Shown: positions 27,214-39,283 of the stretch, in pieces
Layout: every line of letters starts with the position of its first letter
Numbering within the stretch: position 1 is the stretch's first letter
Assembly (NCBI RefSeq): GCF_000002075.1
Contig: NW_004797776.1
Span: 30,203 to 94,202 of the forward strand
From: Aplysia californica
Lineage: Eukaryota
Reading direction: 5' to 3'
DNA length: 64,000 bases
Program-made: the position numbers and the translations under genes
Notes under the pieces: generated by a model
The model's input: the letters and a program-made list of their open reading frames with translations, nothing else
What the model was told of the DNA's origin: nothing
Database searches by the model: none

Positions 27214-27290
27214 TCAAGACCTGTAGAAAACTATCAGTTCAGACACACCAACAGGTTTATTGCCCGAACGTCATCGGTACAGAATCTTGA
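27214..27290 (-). promoter_or_regulatory. SECIS element in the SELENOF 3' UTR
   Basis: Minus strand reads TCAAGATTCTGTA ccg ATGAC GTTCGGGCA ATAAA CCTGTTGG TG TGTCTGAAC TGAT agttttc TACAGGTCTTGA. This gives helix I, the AUGA/UGA non-Watson-Crick core, a 9-bp paired run in helix II (two G-U pairs), apical AAA and a possible form-II mini-helix. Confidence 0.9.
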
Positions 27291-27818
27291 AGCTCTTCCC
27301 TCTGACTGCAGTCGACAAGTCGTAAATGAAGACATTAATCTTACTCTCCTCCACAAAGTATAATGAAATGAAAAAAGAGAATTTCACTGAATTTCAACAA
27401 AATGGGAAAACAATCTAAGTGACTGAATGAAGAAAACAATACGAACTAAAAATAACATTAGGAAATTACACTGAAAACATTACAAAAAATCCAAGTACTT
27501 CAACAAGTGTCTCATTAAAAAACCAGTCCACTGCAGTCAGGGCACGCAAAAGGAAAATGAAAAAATTAGTTTCAACATGTTCCACACTATCCAGACTTTT
27601 ATCTAAAAATTTTGAATTTCACGCTTGTTTTCATTTAATACCAAAAAACAATAACCTAAAAAAAAAAGGCCAACTAAAAACCCATCAAGAAAATAATAAT
27701 TCCTTTAAAAAGTTTCAAATGTGTCTTTGTACGCGGATATGTAAAAAAAGACAAAACCATCTTCATTTTCCTTTTGTTCTCCTGGTCGCACATGAGTGTG
27801 CATGTGCTGTCGGGCGAC

Positions 27819-27997
27819 CTAGTTCTGGAGGTGCTCTTGGAAGAACTCCTCGACAGAGTCGGTGTTCCATTTGTCGATTCCCAGTGTCTCAACGACCTCG
27901 TGGTTCTTGTCCAGCAGCTTGATCACCGGATCGGCGCCACGCACATAGCGCACCGTCAGACCGGGGAACTGCTTGACACGGTCACTCTTCACGAATG
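27819..27997 (-). CDS. SELENOF: SELENOF exon 4 (thioredoxin-like C-terminus)
   Basis: AFVKSD...YVRGADPVIKLLD...WNTDSVEEF, TAG stop. Confidence 0.95.
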
Positions 27998-30900
27998 CTG
28001 TCGGAGGAAATAAAGATTATTATCAACTACGGTGTCTGAGGTCACAGGTCAACTAGGAGCAAATTTTTGGGGGAGATGACAAGTCTATACAAGTCAAACT
28101 CGGAGATGATGATGGGTTTTTATGTATCAGAAGAGCGCTTGTGAACTGGCTATGACATCTCCCCCACCTCCCGTTGTGAGCCGTATGCCGTGTCTCCATA
28201 TGAATGGTCGGCCTTAGAAACACATTCATATGTTGAGGCAAAAGGATGTAAAGGTGTGCTGCTCTCTCCCTCTTTTCCCGTCCCTTCCTTTCTTTCACCT
28301 CACCTCCTGTTACAAGGTTGCTTTGTCTCATTCTGTCCCTACCTCTGTTTCCCTTCACATCCGGGATGCTCCATTAGCTCAGTTGGTATCAGGTGGAATT
28401 TGGAGAAGATGACCCTGGTTCAAAACCCCAATGATTCTTTCTGAAATTAGCTTGTTTTTTGGAGTTCTTAAGGATTTCGACAAATTTGGCTCAGTCCTCT
28501 AGGAGATGGATGATAAATTCAGAGGTCCCGCCTTCCAAATAACCCCATAGTGTTGAAAAGGGCGTAAACCTATGCAATCTACCATTGCTTCTACCTTCAC
28601 CTCCCTTCGATCGTCTCTGTCTTGTGCTCTCATGTATTATATTACACTTAATTAGTAACAGCATGAAATGGACAAAGCTGATGGGGTGAGCAAATTTCAC
28701 AGAACAACAGAACAGACTTGAAGAACAGCCACACAAACGCAACAGAACAGAGTTTCAGTTTTCTTCTTATTCTTACTACCCATTACGCCATCTGGCGTTT
28801 CAGTTTTAGTAAGGTTTTACAGTGCTCGTAACTGCATAAGGCAAGGTCATATTAGCGCCATGGGGTAGATGTCAACAGAGAACTCCAAACGGGAAATCAG
28901 GATTACTCTGCTCACTTCTCTAGCCTCAACATAGGTAGCGTAAACACGGCCTTGCGGGCACTCGCGGCCTTCCGACCGCGTGGTATCAGTGAAATCGGGA
29001 TAATTCCGATCGCTGTTTCTTTGCTCTTTCACNNNNNNNNNNNNNNNNNNNNNNNNNNNNNNNNNNNNNNNNNNNNNNNNNNNNNNNNNNNNNNNNNNNN
29101 NNNNNNNNNNNNNNNNNNNNNNNNNNNNNNNNNNNNNNNNNNNNNNNNNNNNNNNNNNNNNNNNNNNNNNNNNNNNNNNNNNNNNNNNNNNNNNNNNNNN
29201 NNNNNNNNNNNNNNNNNNNNNNNNNNNNNNNNNNNNNNNNNNNNNNNNNNNNNNNNNNNNNNNNNNNNNNNNNNNNNNNNNNNNNNNNNNNNNNNNNNNN
29301 NNNNNNNNNNNNNNNNNNNNNNNNNNNNNNNNNNNNNNNNNNNNNNNNNNNNNNNNNNNNNNNNNNNNNNNNNNNNNNNNNNNNNNNNNNNNNNNNNNNN
29401 NNNNNNNNNNNNNNNNNNNNNNNNNNNNNNNNNNNNNNNNNNNNNNNNNNNNNNNNNNNNNNNNNNNNNNNNNNNNNNNNNNNNNNNNNNNNNNNNNNNN
29501 NNNNNNNNNNNNNNNNNNNNNNNNNNNNNNNNNNNNNNNNNNNNNNNNNNNNNNNNNNNNNNNNNNNNNNNNNNNNNNNNNNNNNNNNNNNNNNNNNNNN
29601 NNNNNNNNNNNNNNNNNNNNNNNNNNNNNNNNNNNNNNNNNNNNNNNNNNNNNNNNNNNNNNNNNNNNNNNNNNNNNNNNNNNNNNNNNNNNNNNNNNNN
29701 NNNNNNNNNNNNNNNNNNNNNNNNNNNNNNNNNNNNNNNNNNNNNNNNNNNNNNNNNNNNNNNNNNNNNNNNNNNNNNNNNNNNNNNNNNNNNNNNNNNN
29801 NNNNNNNNNNNNNNNNNNNNNNNNNNTGCTCAGCGGATATAGGCCTTTCAAATGAAACTGATAAATTTGGCATACAACTACTTTGAAAATTTAGTTTCTG
29901 GTACCTACTCAACAGCACAAAGTCTGCTTTGACTATCATGGCACCCCGGAAATAGCAATTCACAAGAAGAGTGACAAACATACGAAAGAAGTAGAGGAAA
30001 TATGATGATAGTAAGGATGAGGAACACACACATGGGAGCTGAGACACAAAAAAAAACCTTGTCTTACAGGCTAATGAGGAGATCAATAGAAGTATCGTCA
30101 CATGAATAATAAGGAGTGCTTCTTTTACTCTCACTATTTTTCTTGTTTTACTACGAGTTTTATTGTACTTGCACTGCAATTAGCTCATATAGTGCCAAAG
30201 ATTAGAGGTGTTACTAAAGAGTCACATACACAGAAAAGGAGGAGGAGAGATGAGGACGATAGATATTTGACAGAAAATAAGGAGCAAACCACACCAGAAC
30301 ACCCACCAAGCACCCAATCTCTTTCTTCATGCAAATATGTGCACATGGACTATGTTAATGGATCAATAATAGGAATAGGGAAAATAGTTGTGCATAAAAA
30401 CCAATAAATCTGTCGGTCACTTTGACACAAAAGGTTAGAACCATTTGTCCTAGCCAGTGAGCCTCAGTTACTAAATGATCTTCAGTGCGATATTAAACTT
30501 ACCCTGGACTTGTGGGAATCGACCCAATTTTCATCCGCACACAGCTAACTCAGCAAAGGGGTATTTCTGAGGGAACAGAAAGAAACTCAATGAGAAAAAG
30601 CACTTGGAAAGTGCAGGGAGAGGTAGGAAATCAATAGCAGCCAAGTAAAAGTGAAGTTAAAGCCTACATTTTGATCGTTTTTCACTGACAACATTTTTAC
30701 ACTTCCTACTATCAGTAATTAGTATCACAGAGGCTACCACAAAATCATCAATGCGACAACTGCCTCCAAGAGGTAAGAACAAATGGCTTAAACAAAGGAA
30801 ATTACCCAGTTTACATACAGTATAAATGAAAAAGTTAATCCAAAGAAATGAAGAGAAATCCTGTAACAAGAAAGAGAGAAGGAATCCACTCGGCTCAAGT

Positions 30901-33900
30901 CTTCTACATCCCTTACAGAGGGAGTCGTTAGCAATTACAGGGCTGAGAATGGCATTCCACAAATTTTGAATTCTTCCAGTCATGAAGAAGAATAAAAAGT
31001 ACTCGATTGAATGGTACCAGCCGACACAAAGATGTGCACGCATCTCGGTTTTGTCCAGCGAGCAAATAAAAAACTTCTAAAATTATTATTGTCTTTTATT
31101 CAATTCGTTTTTTTATTCTTACTACAATATATCATTATAATACGAAACTCGGAAAAAAGGCGGAAGAGGCATTCGGACGAGCGAACGGCGGTGTTGCAAT
31201 GAGCGGACAATTCTCAGCCCTGAATTAAAAGCATTACTGTAACCATCTCTACAAGGAATAAAATACTGTCTCAGGGGCTCCTGTCGTCTACAGGTATGAT
31301 GCTCGTTTCTTATTCAGAAGATCCTGGGTTTGAAACCTGACAGCAACGAAAAAACTGTCTTCTCTAAAATTTTCTCCTTTCACCTGTTCTGCTTTCTGCT
31401 TTCATCTCAATTTTCTTACCCCATTCCTAGCTTCCTCCTTTACTCAAAACTTTTCATACTGTTGTACCTACTTCAGGCTCCTTCTTACTACTGTCTTTCA
31501 GCCACATCCATGATCTTAAAGCAGGTAAGATCAAACACGTCCCCTTCTCGGATTAGGGAAAAAAATCTTTAGCGGTCCCGAGTGTAAGTTGCGCACGTCA
31601 AAGATCCCTTGGTAGTCCTAAACTCAATAAGAGTAGGTTTAAGTGGCCAGTCAGGCAAAATTCAAAATTAATACTTAACAAGACAGAAAATACTTTAGTC
31701 AATATAAAAATATACTATAGTACCTTCGAAAAATGATTGTGGCTGCCTGAAGGCAAGGAACCCTATGAAGAAGGAAAGTTACAAGTAATAATCAGTCGCA
31801 CTGCAGGTTGAAGAACCAGCACTCGACTACCCCTGAGATAAAGCAGGGGAATGCAAAGAAAAAGAAGAAATACTGATTCCTTCATGGTACATGCTCCTTT
31901 TCTTTCATTTTATTACTGTATGCACTGGGCCATGTTCTAAATGTTCTACATGACCTATTTGTAATTAGCAGGACTTCAAAAATAAAAATAAAAACAAGGC
32001 TCACAGTAATCCCAGCTTCCTCCTCCTTATCTTTCTGGCAACACTCTAAACAGTCGAGCTTGATGGCACCCAAGTTGAAGTCGTCCATCTTCAGGCATGT
32101 TGAACACATAAGGTTGTTGGTGAAGCCTTTCAAGGAACATTCTCGCACAAAGTCAAGACTACAATCTCCAACATACACCTGAGAATAAGATGGAACAGAA
32201 AACGTAACACAGTACTCAATAAAGAGGAAAATAAATGCTTACACTCTTAGCTATCAACTTAAAAAAACAAACTTATTTATTGTGTTTTTAAAAAAATTAA
32301 GAAAGAATTTGTAACAATAGACAACACACCTGGTCCACATCCGACAATTGCATCTCCTTTCTACACCTCATGGTATTATAAGCAAACAGAAAAAATAAAG
32401 TAAAAGTGAGTAAACTGAAGGGGACAAATTGCACACCACAAATGTTGCGTTATCAGACTATCATCGACAAATTTCTCAGTGGTAACGAAAGCGAAAGTAG
32501 ACCTTGATTTTCCCGATCGAGCCTCAGGGTCACATACATTTCCGCCTACCGCCATAGCCGCCTGTTTGCATTTAAATGTACTGTCGGACGGGGAAAAGCT
32601 GAACGAATAATATTATCACAATGTGATTTAAAGAATATCTAGAATCTAGATCTAGAGTCTAGATGAGCCATTGCCAAAACGTGGGGAAAAACACACACAT
32701 CTCACATTAGTGTGCATAAAATGTGATGCATTAGTATTTATTCCTCCAAAACATATACACACGTCAAATATAGGATGTAGAACCTGCATTAGCAGTTTCA
32801 GACCCCTTGTCAGCTTTGCAATCTTGAGTTTGTAAATTTTGTGCCAAAAATGTTCGTTTTTTAGTGATTCCTGGAGTGTCATTTTGAGCACACCAATGCA
32901 AACTTCCAAGAATGTCCAAAATTTAGTATTTTTGGTTGTGTTTTTTTTATGTGTGCTTTGATTCTATGTTATTTGTCATTGAGAAAGGTTAACTTGCTCA
33001 AGAAATCGGTTTATTTGTTTGCAAATAGACGAACAATTCGGATTACTTGTGCGTCTGTCGTGTCGTCACGGACTAGGTGTTTCAGAAAACACCATTATTT
33101 TTCAGTAGAATCACCGTAGCTGGTTAAATCTCTTTGCCTATCGTCGTTTATTCAATACTTCAAAAGCCGCGATGTGCGAAAGGAACATCGGGTTCCTAGA
33201 TCTACGATTTCGGTCGGCTGTTTAACATTCGCCGTTATTGTCGTCAATTTGCGACGTGCCGAAGTCCGAATTTCGCCCACTTTTGTTTTGAACGGGTTAT
33301 CAAAAGTGCCCGGATATAATTGTTCTCTTGAGTGACTTCCCCTTACCCGCGTCCCGAGAACAACGGAAGCAACGGGGGAAACAGAAAAACGAAAGTAGTC
33401 ATTGCCTTCAGCGTCCGGTGACGCACAAGAATTTTGCGTTGAATGTGATGTATTGGGCTGTTTTGCGTGTTTTTAGGCTACTCTGTTGAATATTTTAGTG
33501 AAATTGCGGTGCTTACACTGGATTCCTGGAACAAGAGTGTGATGTGTGAACAAACTTCGAGAGATGGATCATTTCTGTGGTTATAGATTTAGCTTTTGTG
33601 CTCAGTGATGACGTTTGGGGTGTCGTCATGCAGCCGTACAAGACTGACTAACGTACAAGAAATTACATTGTCCTAAGAGCAAACATTTTTTAAGTAATGT
33701 GTGCTCTCTTTACTCAAACATATAAACAAACATGTCCTTGTTTATCTGTCTAACTCAAAAATACACATGTTCTTTGTTGGTATGATATACCTTTTTCCAA
33801 TACATTGTGTCATTGTGTCATCATTGTTATGTACAAGTAATATTTTTCATAATTGCTAATATCAATAAGTTTTCAACATATATTTCATGCATGCAAGATT

Positions 33901-36850
33901 CATTTAGAAGCAAAATACGCCTTTATTGATCTGTGTATCTCTTAGTGCAAATTTGTTCTTTGTAGGCATGATTTTACCTTTTCCCAGTATGTTTTGTCAT
34001 CACTGTTATGTACGAGTACTGTTTGTCATAATTAGCCACATAATTGTGATCGTCCACTGTCTTTGATATGACCTGGTATCTGTTTCAAAGCAAAAGAAAC
34101 CTCTCCTGTTTTTTTGTTTATTTTTAAAGTGCGCTTTTATCTCTGGAGGCAAGACTTTTGTCTTTTCCTGTACATTGTGTCATCATTGGTACAAGTCATG
34201 TTTGTCATCACTGTTATGTACAAGTCAGCTCCATTGATTTTGTGCTTTTGCCTCATATTAGTTAAAAAATTGTTTTACACATGTGTTTTTCTGGTACTGA
34301 GGCTTTGATAACTGTATTTGTACAGCCTTTCACTATTGTGATGTGTTGTCAATGATAATGTCCAATGTGTATCCTTTCTTGTACATAACAATGATGACAT
34401 GTTCTGTGCACTGCGTCATTGTTACAAAGCTTGCCATTCACATTACCATTATGAATGGAGTTCATAGTGTACAAAGTGTTTGTTTACTAAACAAATGGAA
34501 TTTAAAGTCTATAATTTGCCTTGCTGCTTATCTGTTTTTGTCATCACTGTTACATACAAGAAATACAGTAGTTGCCAAACCAATAAACCCATATCTCCAA
34601 AACCGTACATCTCCTTGCTCTGATACTCTAGGAATATGAGCACTAAATGTCAATCTGTGACTGACAGAAAAGAGAGTCAAATTGGTAAGAAAAATTTTTT
34701 TGCACCACTGAGTCTCAAGGGAGTCTCACGTTTCGGCAATTGCTCAGATAGATCTCTATGGAAGTGGCTTTCCTCACCCGAGGTGAGAATAAAAATACGA
34801 TCGACCTCTCAACCCGGGTGAGACTTGCCACCGTTGGCTATTCTCACCCGGTGTGAAACAAGACCTGTTTTTCCTAATTTCTGAATACTGTCTATTGGTG
34901 TGGATGATCAAATTGATCAAAGCAAAGAAAAAATTACGTATTATAGCACAAAAGTAAGCTACTTTGATCGTCTACAAAGATGCTATGGCTATTTCACTTT
35001 TCGAATCGAGCCGAACTACGCGGGTCACCATTTTGTTTTGCTCAGAAGTTCTCGCAAGATCTACTCCTCCCCTCTTCTCTCTCTCTGTCTCTTTCCGAAT
35101 CTGTCTATCGGTGTGGACGATCAAATTGACAAAAAGAAAGCTTAAAAATGATGTTAAAACACAAAAGTAAATTAATTTGGTCGTCCACAAAGATGCTACG
35201 GCTATTTAACTTTTCGAATCGAGCCAAACTACGCGGGTCACCATTTTGTTTTTCCCGGAAGTTCTCGCGCTTCCTCACTCTCTGTCTCTCTCTCTCCACT
35301 GCCCAAAGACAAAATTGCACGCTTTTAGGCTAGGCTAACAGTAGAAATGGAACGTTTGTTCACGCCACGGAATTCTACAATTCTGTTATAATTATATCAC
35401 AGTGTAGAATTCTGTGGTTCATGGTGAACGCAAAACTGGTTGGCCTCGCCTGCGCTATTCTCACCCGGACCCAGGGCCAGGGTGTGAGAATAGGCCGTCA
35501 TTATTCGGGCTCGAGTCCGAATAACATTTTTTTCATATATTCGGACTCGAGTCCGAATAAGAAAAAATGTTTTTCGGACACGGGTCCGGAGAAAAGGAAG
35601 TGTCTTCGTTCTATAGATCTAACGTTCAGTGCTTCCAATTTTCCACCATTTTTTAGTTTCCCCAACACCTTGTCTGCCGATCCGATGCCCACCGCCTCAT
35701 TGATACGCCCCCCCACCATGTTTCCTACTTTCTTTGTTGTAGAAAAAGGTAAAATTGAAGATAAGCAGATCTCCTGGCACCTGCATATTATGAGCTGTGT
35801 AAAAAAAAAAAGACCGATTCGTTCAAATACACAAGCCTGTGTCATCTCGATTGTTTACCAAGAAAAAGTTGTGTTGCTGTGTAGAGCCGAGCATACGGCA
35901 ACTTTTGATTCCATAGACCAGCTCACAATTCATTACGTAGATCTACGTCAAGACTAGCTTATTATTGTAATAATGATCAGTTTCCGGGGGGGGGGGGGGG
36001 ATGATAGCAAAATCGATAGCATCCCCCCCTCCCCTTTCCCGACACGCACACACAGCCGCATGTGTGCAGGCCGTCCATCCGACCCCGACACACACTAACG
36101 AGCCATCTTTAATTGCTCTGATGACCTCTTGACAAATAAACATTTATTAAACATTTATTAGTCTAAGCGCTGTAACTTTTCAGGCTGGCCTCAAATTCAT
36201 CATAAGATAAAAACTCGGCTCCGTCACAACTTAACGCCATTTTGCCCGAAGTGATCCCAGTCTCTACCCAGCCTGAGGCTGAGGCGAGTCACGAGTGAGG
36301 CAGGACAGGAAGCTGGAGTCACAAGTCACAGGAAGTCAGAAGTGATGTCATGCTGGACAAGAATCAGAGTCCGAATAACATTTTTTCATATTCGGACTCG
36401 AGTCCGAATAGTCACTTCGGCTTCGGTGAGAATAGAGGTGGCCTGCTGGCCTAGATCTAGATCTATAGATCTAGAATTATATATTAGATCTAGATCTAGC
36501 ACTCAGCGGAAACCTAGACTGCAGCGTTGACACCTCAAACAAATGTAAACTCTGAAAAATATCTAGCAGGAATTTAAACTAAAATGCTGCGGTTGCAGAT
36601 TAGCTGAAGGTAGTGAAGATGCCGTGACAAGATTTGAAGATGACGTGTCGTCGCCGACAGCGCCACACAAGTTTGTTCTTACATTAATTAACTGGTTTCC
36701 CGGTACTACTTTAATCTAAAAACAAATACTTTTTCACATCAAATGGGGGATACAACATAAAAGACCGCCATGACTAATTATAATTTGCACATGTCATGTT
36801 CTCACCATAAACATTAGCAGAAAGGATACAAGTTGTATCCAATCCGCCAT
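27819..36850 (-). CDS. SELENOF: Selenoprotein F (15 kDa selenoprotein, Sep15), 153 aa including Sec; exons 36850-36806, 32178-32005, 30566-30503, 27997-27819
   Basis: The spliced 462-nt ORF reads MADWIQLVSFLLMFM|VYVGDCSLDFVRECSLKGFTNNLMCSTC...CLECCQKDKEEEAGIT|KYPFAELAVCGUKLGRFPQVQ|AFVKSDRVKQFPGLTVRYVRGADPVIKLLD...WNTDSVEEFFQEHLQN*. It has canonical GT/AG sites, consistent phases (0,0,1), a signal peptide, a Cys-rich region and the CGU motif. Confidence 0.95.
30503..30566 (-). CDS. SELENOF: SELENOF exon 3 with the Sec codon TGA at 30533-30531
   Basis: KYPFAELAVCG(TGA)KLGRFPQVQ; CAG acceptor and GTAAG donor. Confidence 0.95.
32005..32178 (-). CDS. SELENOF: SELENOF exon 2 (Cys-rich region, UGGT-binding in mammals)
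   Basis: CAG acceptor and GTGAG donor; EC..KGFTNNLMCSTC...CLECCQ. Confidence 0.93.
36806..36850 (-). CDS. SELENOF: SELENOF exon 1 (signal peptide)
   Basis: CCAAGATGG start context, MADWIQLVSFLLMFM, GTGAG donor, phase 0. Confidence 0.8.
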
Positions 36851-37400
36851 CTTGGCAGAATTTAGTAGTCGATAAATGTACAATTAACGTCAACAAACCA
36901 GGTTTCCTTTGGTGGAAAGCTTCGTTCTTTAAACGATTCAGCTTATTTAATGTAATAATAAAAAGAAACGCACACTAGCGAAACATCAAACTAGTTCAAC
37001 AGTTAGGATAAATCATTATGTATGTAACTTCACCTGAAGCCAAATGCTCCTCAGAAATTAAATTTTTTTTTATTGGGCCTAATTATTATATAGATCTAGA
37101 TATCTAGATCTAGTTAAAGAGGATTTTCAGCCCCAAAGAAAGAAACACTTTACCAACAAGCAATCTAAATATTATTATTGTTTTTAATTTGGCTATGGGT
37201 GTCTACTCTATTATACGGGAATGCTGATAATAATAATTAGAGATTCTGAAAATAAAATAGAAGCAACTGAAAGGCAGGAAGATTCCTTGGAAGGAGGAGG
37301 AGTCAAATGAGGTGGCGAACTGAGTCAAGAAGCTCGCGAGTAGGCCTACTGCTCATTTGAAAAAGAGACAAAGGAGTTGTTTTTTTTCTTCCCCACACGC
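36851..37400. promoter_or_regulatory. Putative bidirectional promoter shared by SELENOF (-) and MAN1B1 (+)
   Basis: The SELENOF ATG at 36850 lies in a YY1-like CAAGATGGCGG. A strong + strand donor GAG|GTAAGT near 37575 suggests a non-coding MAN1B1 first exon. Transcription starts cannot be seen directly. Confidence 0.5.
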
Positions 37401-37406
37401 GACGCT

Positions 37407-37474
37407 TGTTGTTGTTGTTGTTTCTTCTTCTTCTTCTTCTTCTTCTTCTTCTTCTTCTTCTTCTTCTTCTTCTT
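37407..37474. repeat. (TTG)n(TTC)n microsatellite
   Basis: Read directly from the sequence. Confidence 0.9.
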
Positions 37475-38442
37475 TCGTGTTATAGTCTCTGGCCTCTGGT
37501 TGCACCAGAGCAAGCTGATTGCACTTTTGCATCCTCTCAGGGAAAAGCAAAAAGTACACATAAATTCCAAGGGAGGTAAGTTGTCACTTGTCAGGAGTTT
37601 CTCAAGTCTCGAAGAAGAGGGCTGGAACTTGTAAAATAGGCCTAAAATATTGCACTGCGTTGCCCAGAAACGTAGAGGTGAAACATCTGTTTGTTCATTG
37701 TTTTAGTAAACTGTGCTTAGACTTAGACGAGTTAACCACCGTGGACATTCTGTAGTGAAAGTGTATCGCTCATCTTTCAAATTGGTGCTTAACCAATTAA
37801 AACAAAAATTCTGCATCTTGAGTCTTGAGTCTTGAACTTGAAGTGAAGACGGCGATTTTGTAGTTTCGTTCGTTAAAGTCAAGAGTAGGGGGGACCTACA
37901 CACCTAATAAAAATATGGGGGGGGGGGGGGGTTCAGCTGGGCATGCCCCGTTTAACTGTATTTCAACCATATAATTTGATGGCTTGCAATTAGTATTGGT
38001 ATAAAATTCTCTCGTTTGCGGCGCATCAAACATTGTTTGTATCAGCATGTACAGCGAAAACACATACTAATCGCTGGGGCCAAACCAGATTATCCCTGCA
38101 TTTATAACTCAACTGTAACTTAAGTATGACAGTGCTCGAAACTAAAGTGGTTTCCAACTATTGTAATAGTATGCCTGATAAATGCATGGTCCACTTTAAC
38201 TTTAAAAAAGCATGCTGGCAGCACAGAACTAAATTTTTCTAATTATTATCGGATAATTATTATGTAGTCGCTTGTAAGTGACATAAAGTGCATATCAATT
38301 TGAATCATGAGGATATTGCTTGCAGATTAAAATCTAAGTTTTTAAAGTGGGGCGGGGGGGGGGGGGGGGGGCATCACGAGGATTTGATCTCCCATCCTTC
38401 TACCCCTCTCACATATATACACATACACTCAATCATGTGTAT

Positions 38443-38450
38443 GCACACGC

Positions 38451-38488
<38 letters not shown>

Positions 38489-38491
38489 ACA
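38443..38491. repeat. (CA)n microsatellite
   Basis: Read directly from the sequence. Confidence 0.9.
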
Positions 38492-39283
38492 CCAAGTCCT
38501 TATTACGGGAAGGGGTGAAGCTGTTACATCGGAAAGTGCAACATAGGCAGGGTCAGCTGTAAATGGAGCCGATTCTCAGTCGCAGTGTTTGCACTTGAAG
38601 GGAGGTTGTGTTGCTCTTGGTGAGAGGGTGTGAACTGCACTCCTGTCCTGTACTGTAAGTCTAGTAGTGTATTTTAAAAAAACCCTCAAACAGCTATTGT
38701 GAGGGAATTGAACAAGAGAAAATGGATGCACCCCACTGAATTTACTGTACATAGGCCATTCTCATTGTTCACACTGTTTTGGAAACATCAAAAAATCTTT
38801 TTGCAGACAATATTTTTCAATGAAGGTTGCTGTTGAAGGAAAAGGTTATTATGCTCTTAACTAGGGTAGGCACCACGACTCGCACCCCCCCCCCCCCCTT
38901 CCCAAATCGTGATTTGCGATTGCTACGACAGTGCGCGTTTGATGTTTGCAAGCGTTTGACGAAATGACTGTCTCCATTCAACCTTGTGGATTTAGGGTGC
39001 ACGACATGACTGCACGGTGTGATTTAACCAATTCAATACAGCTACACCACTGTCAAACTTTCAGGAGCTTGTGATTCAATTTCATTTCTACTTAAAATAT
39101 TCTGTAGTCTAGTTATATAATACATTTTTGCTTTTTCAGGGTTTTTTCTGTTCCAAATCTGTAGGGTAACAACTGATTTCCAAGAAAATATTAGCACTGC
39201 GATGTTCATAAATTTGTCCTTCTTACAGATACTGTCGCCCTTGAAAAAAGAGCTGGGTTGGATGGAGTGTGGTATTTATTCTC

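Noticed and set aside
28847-30179. Long ORFs of 296-397 aa in the ORF track
   Set aside because: These are artefacts of translating through the 794-N gap. The 466-aa ORF at 14829-16229 is likewise fused across a gap.
32418-33344. Segment bounded by AAGGGGA...TCCCCTT, a possible DNA transposon
   Set aside because: The inverted repeat is only 7 bp with no convincing TSD, so it cannot be supported from this window alone.
33345-33402. ATG plus hydrophobic MTTFVFLFPPLLPLFSGR followed by GTAAG on the minus strand, as a possible SELENOF exon 1
   Set aside because: The donor falls in phase 2 while exon 2 needs phase 0. The exon at 36806-36850 fits in phase with a better start context.
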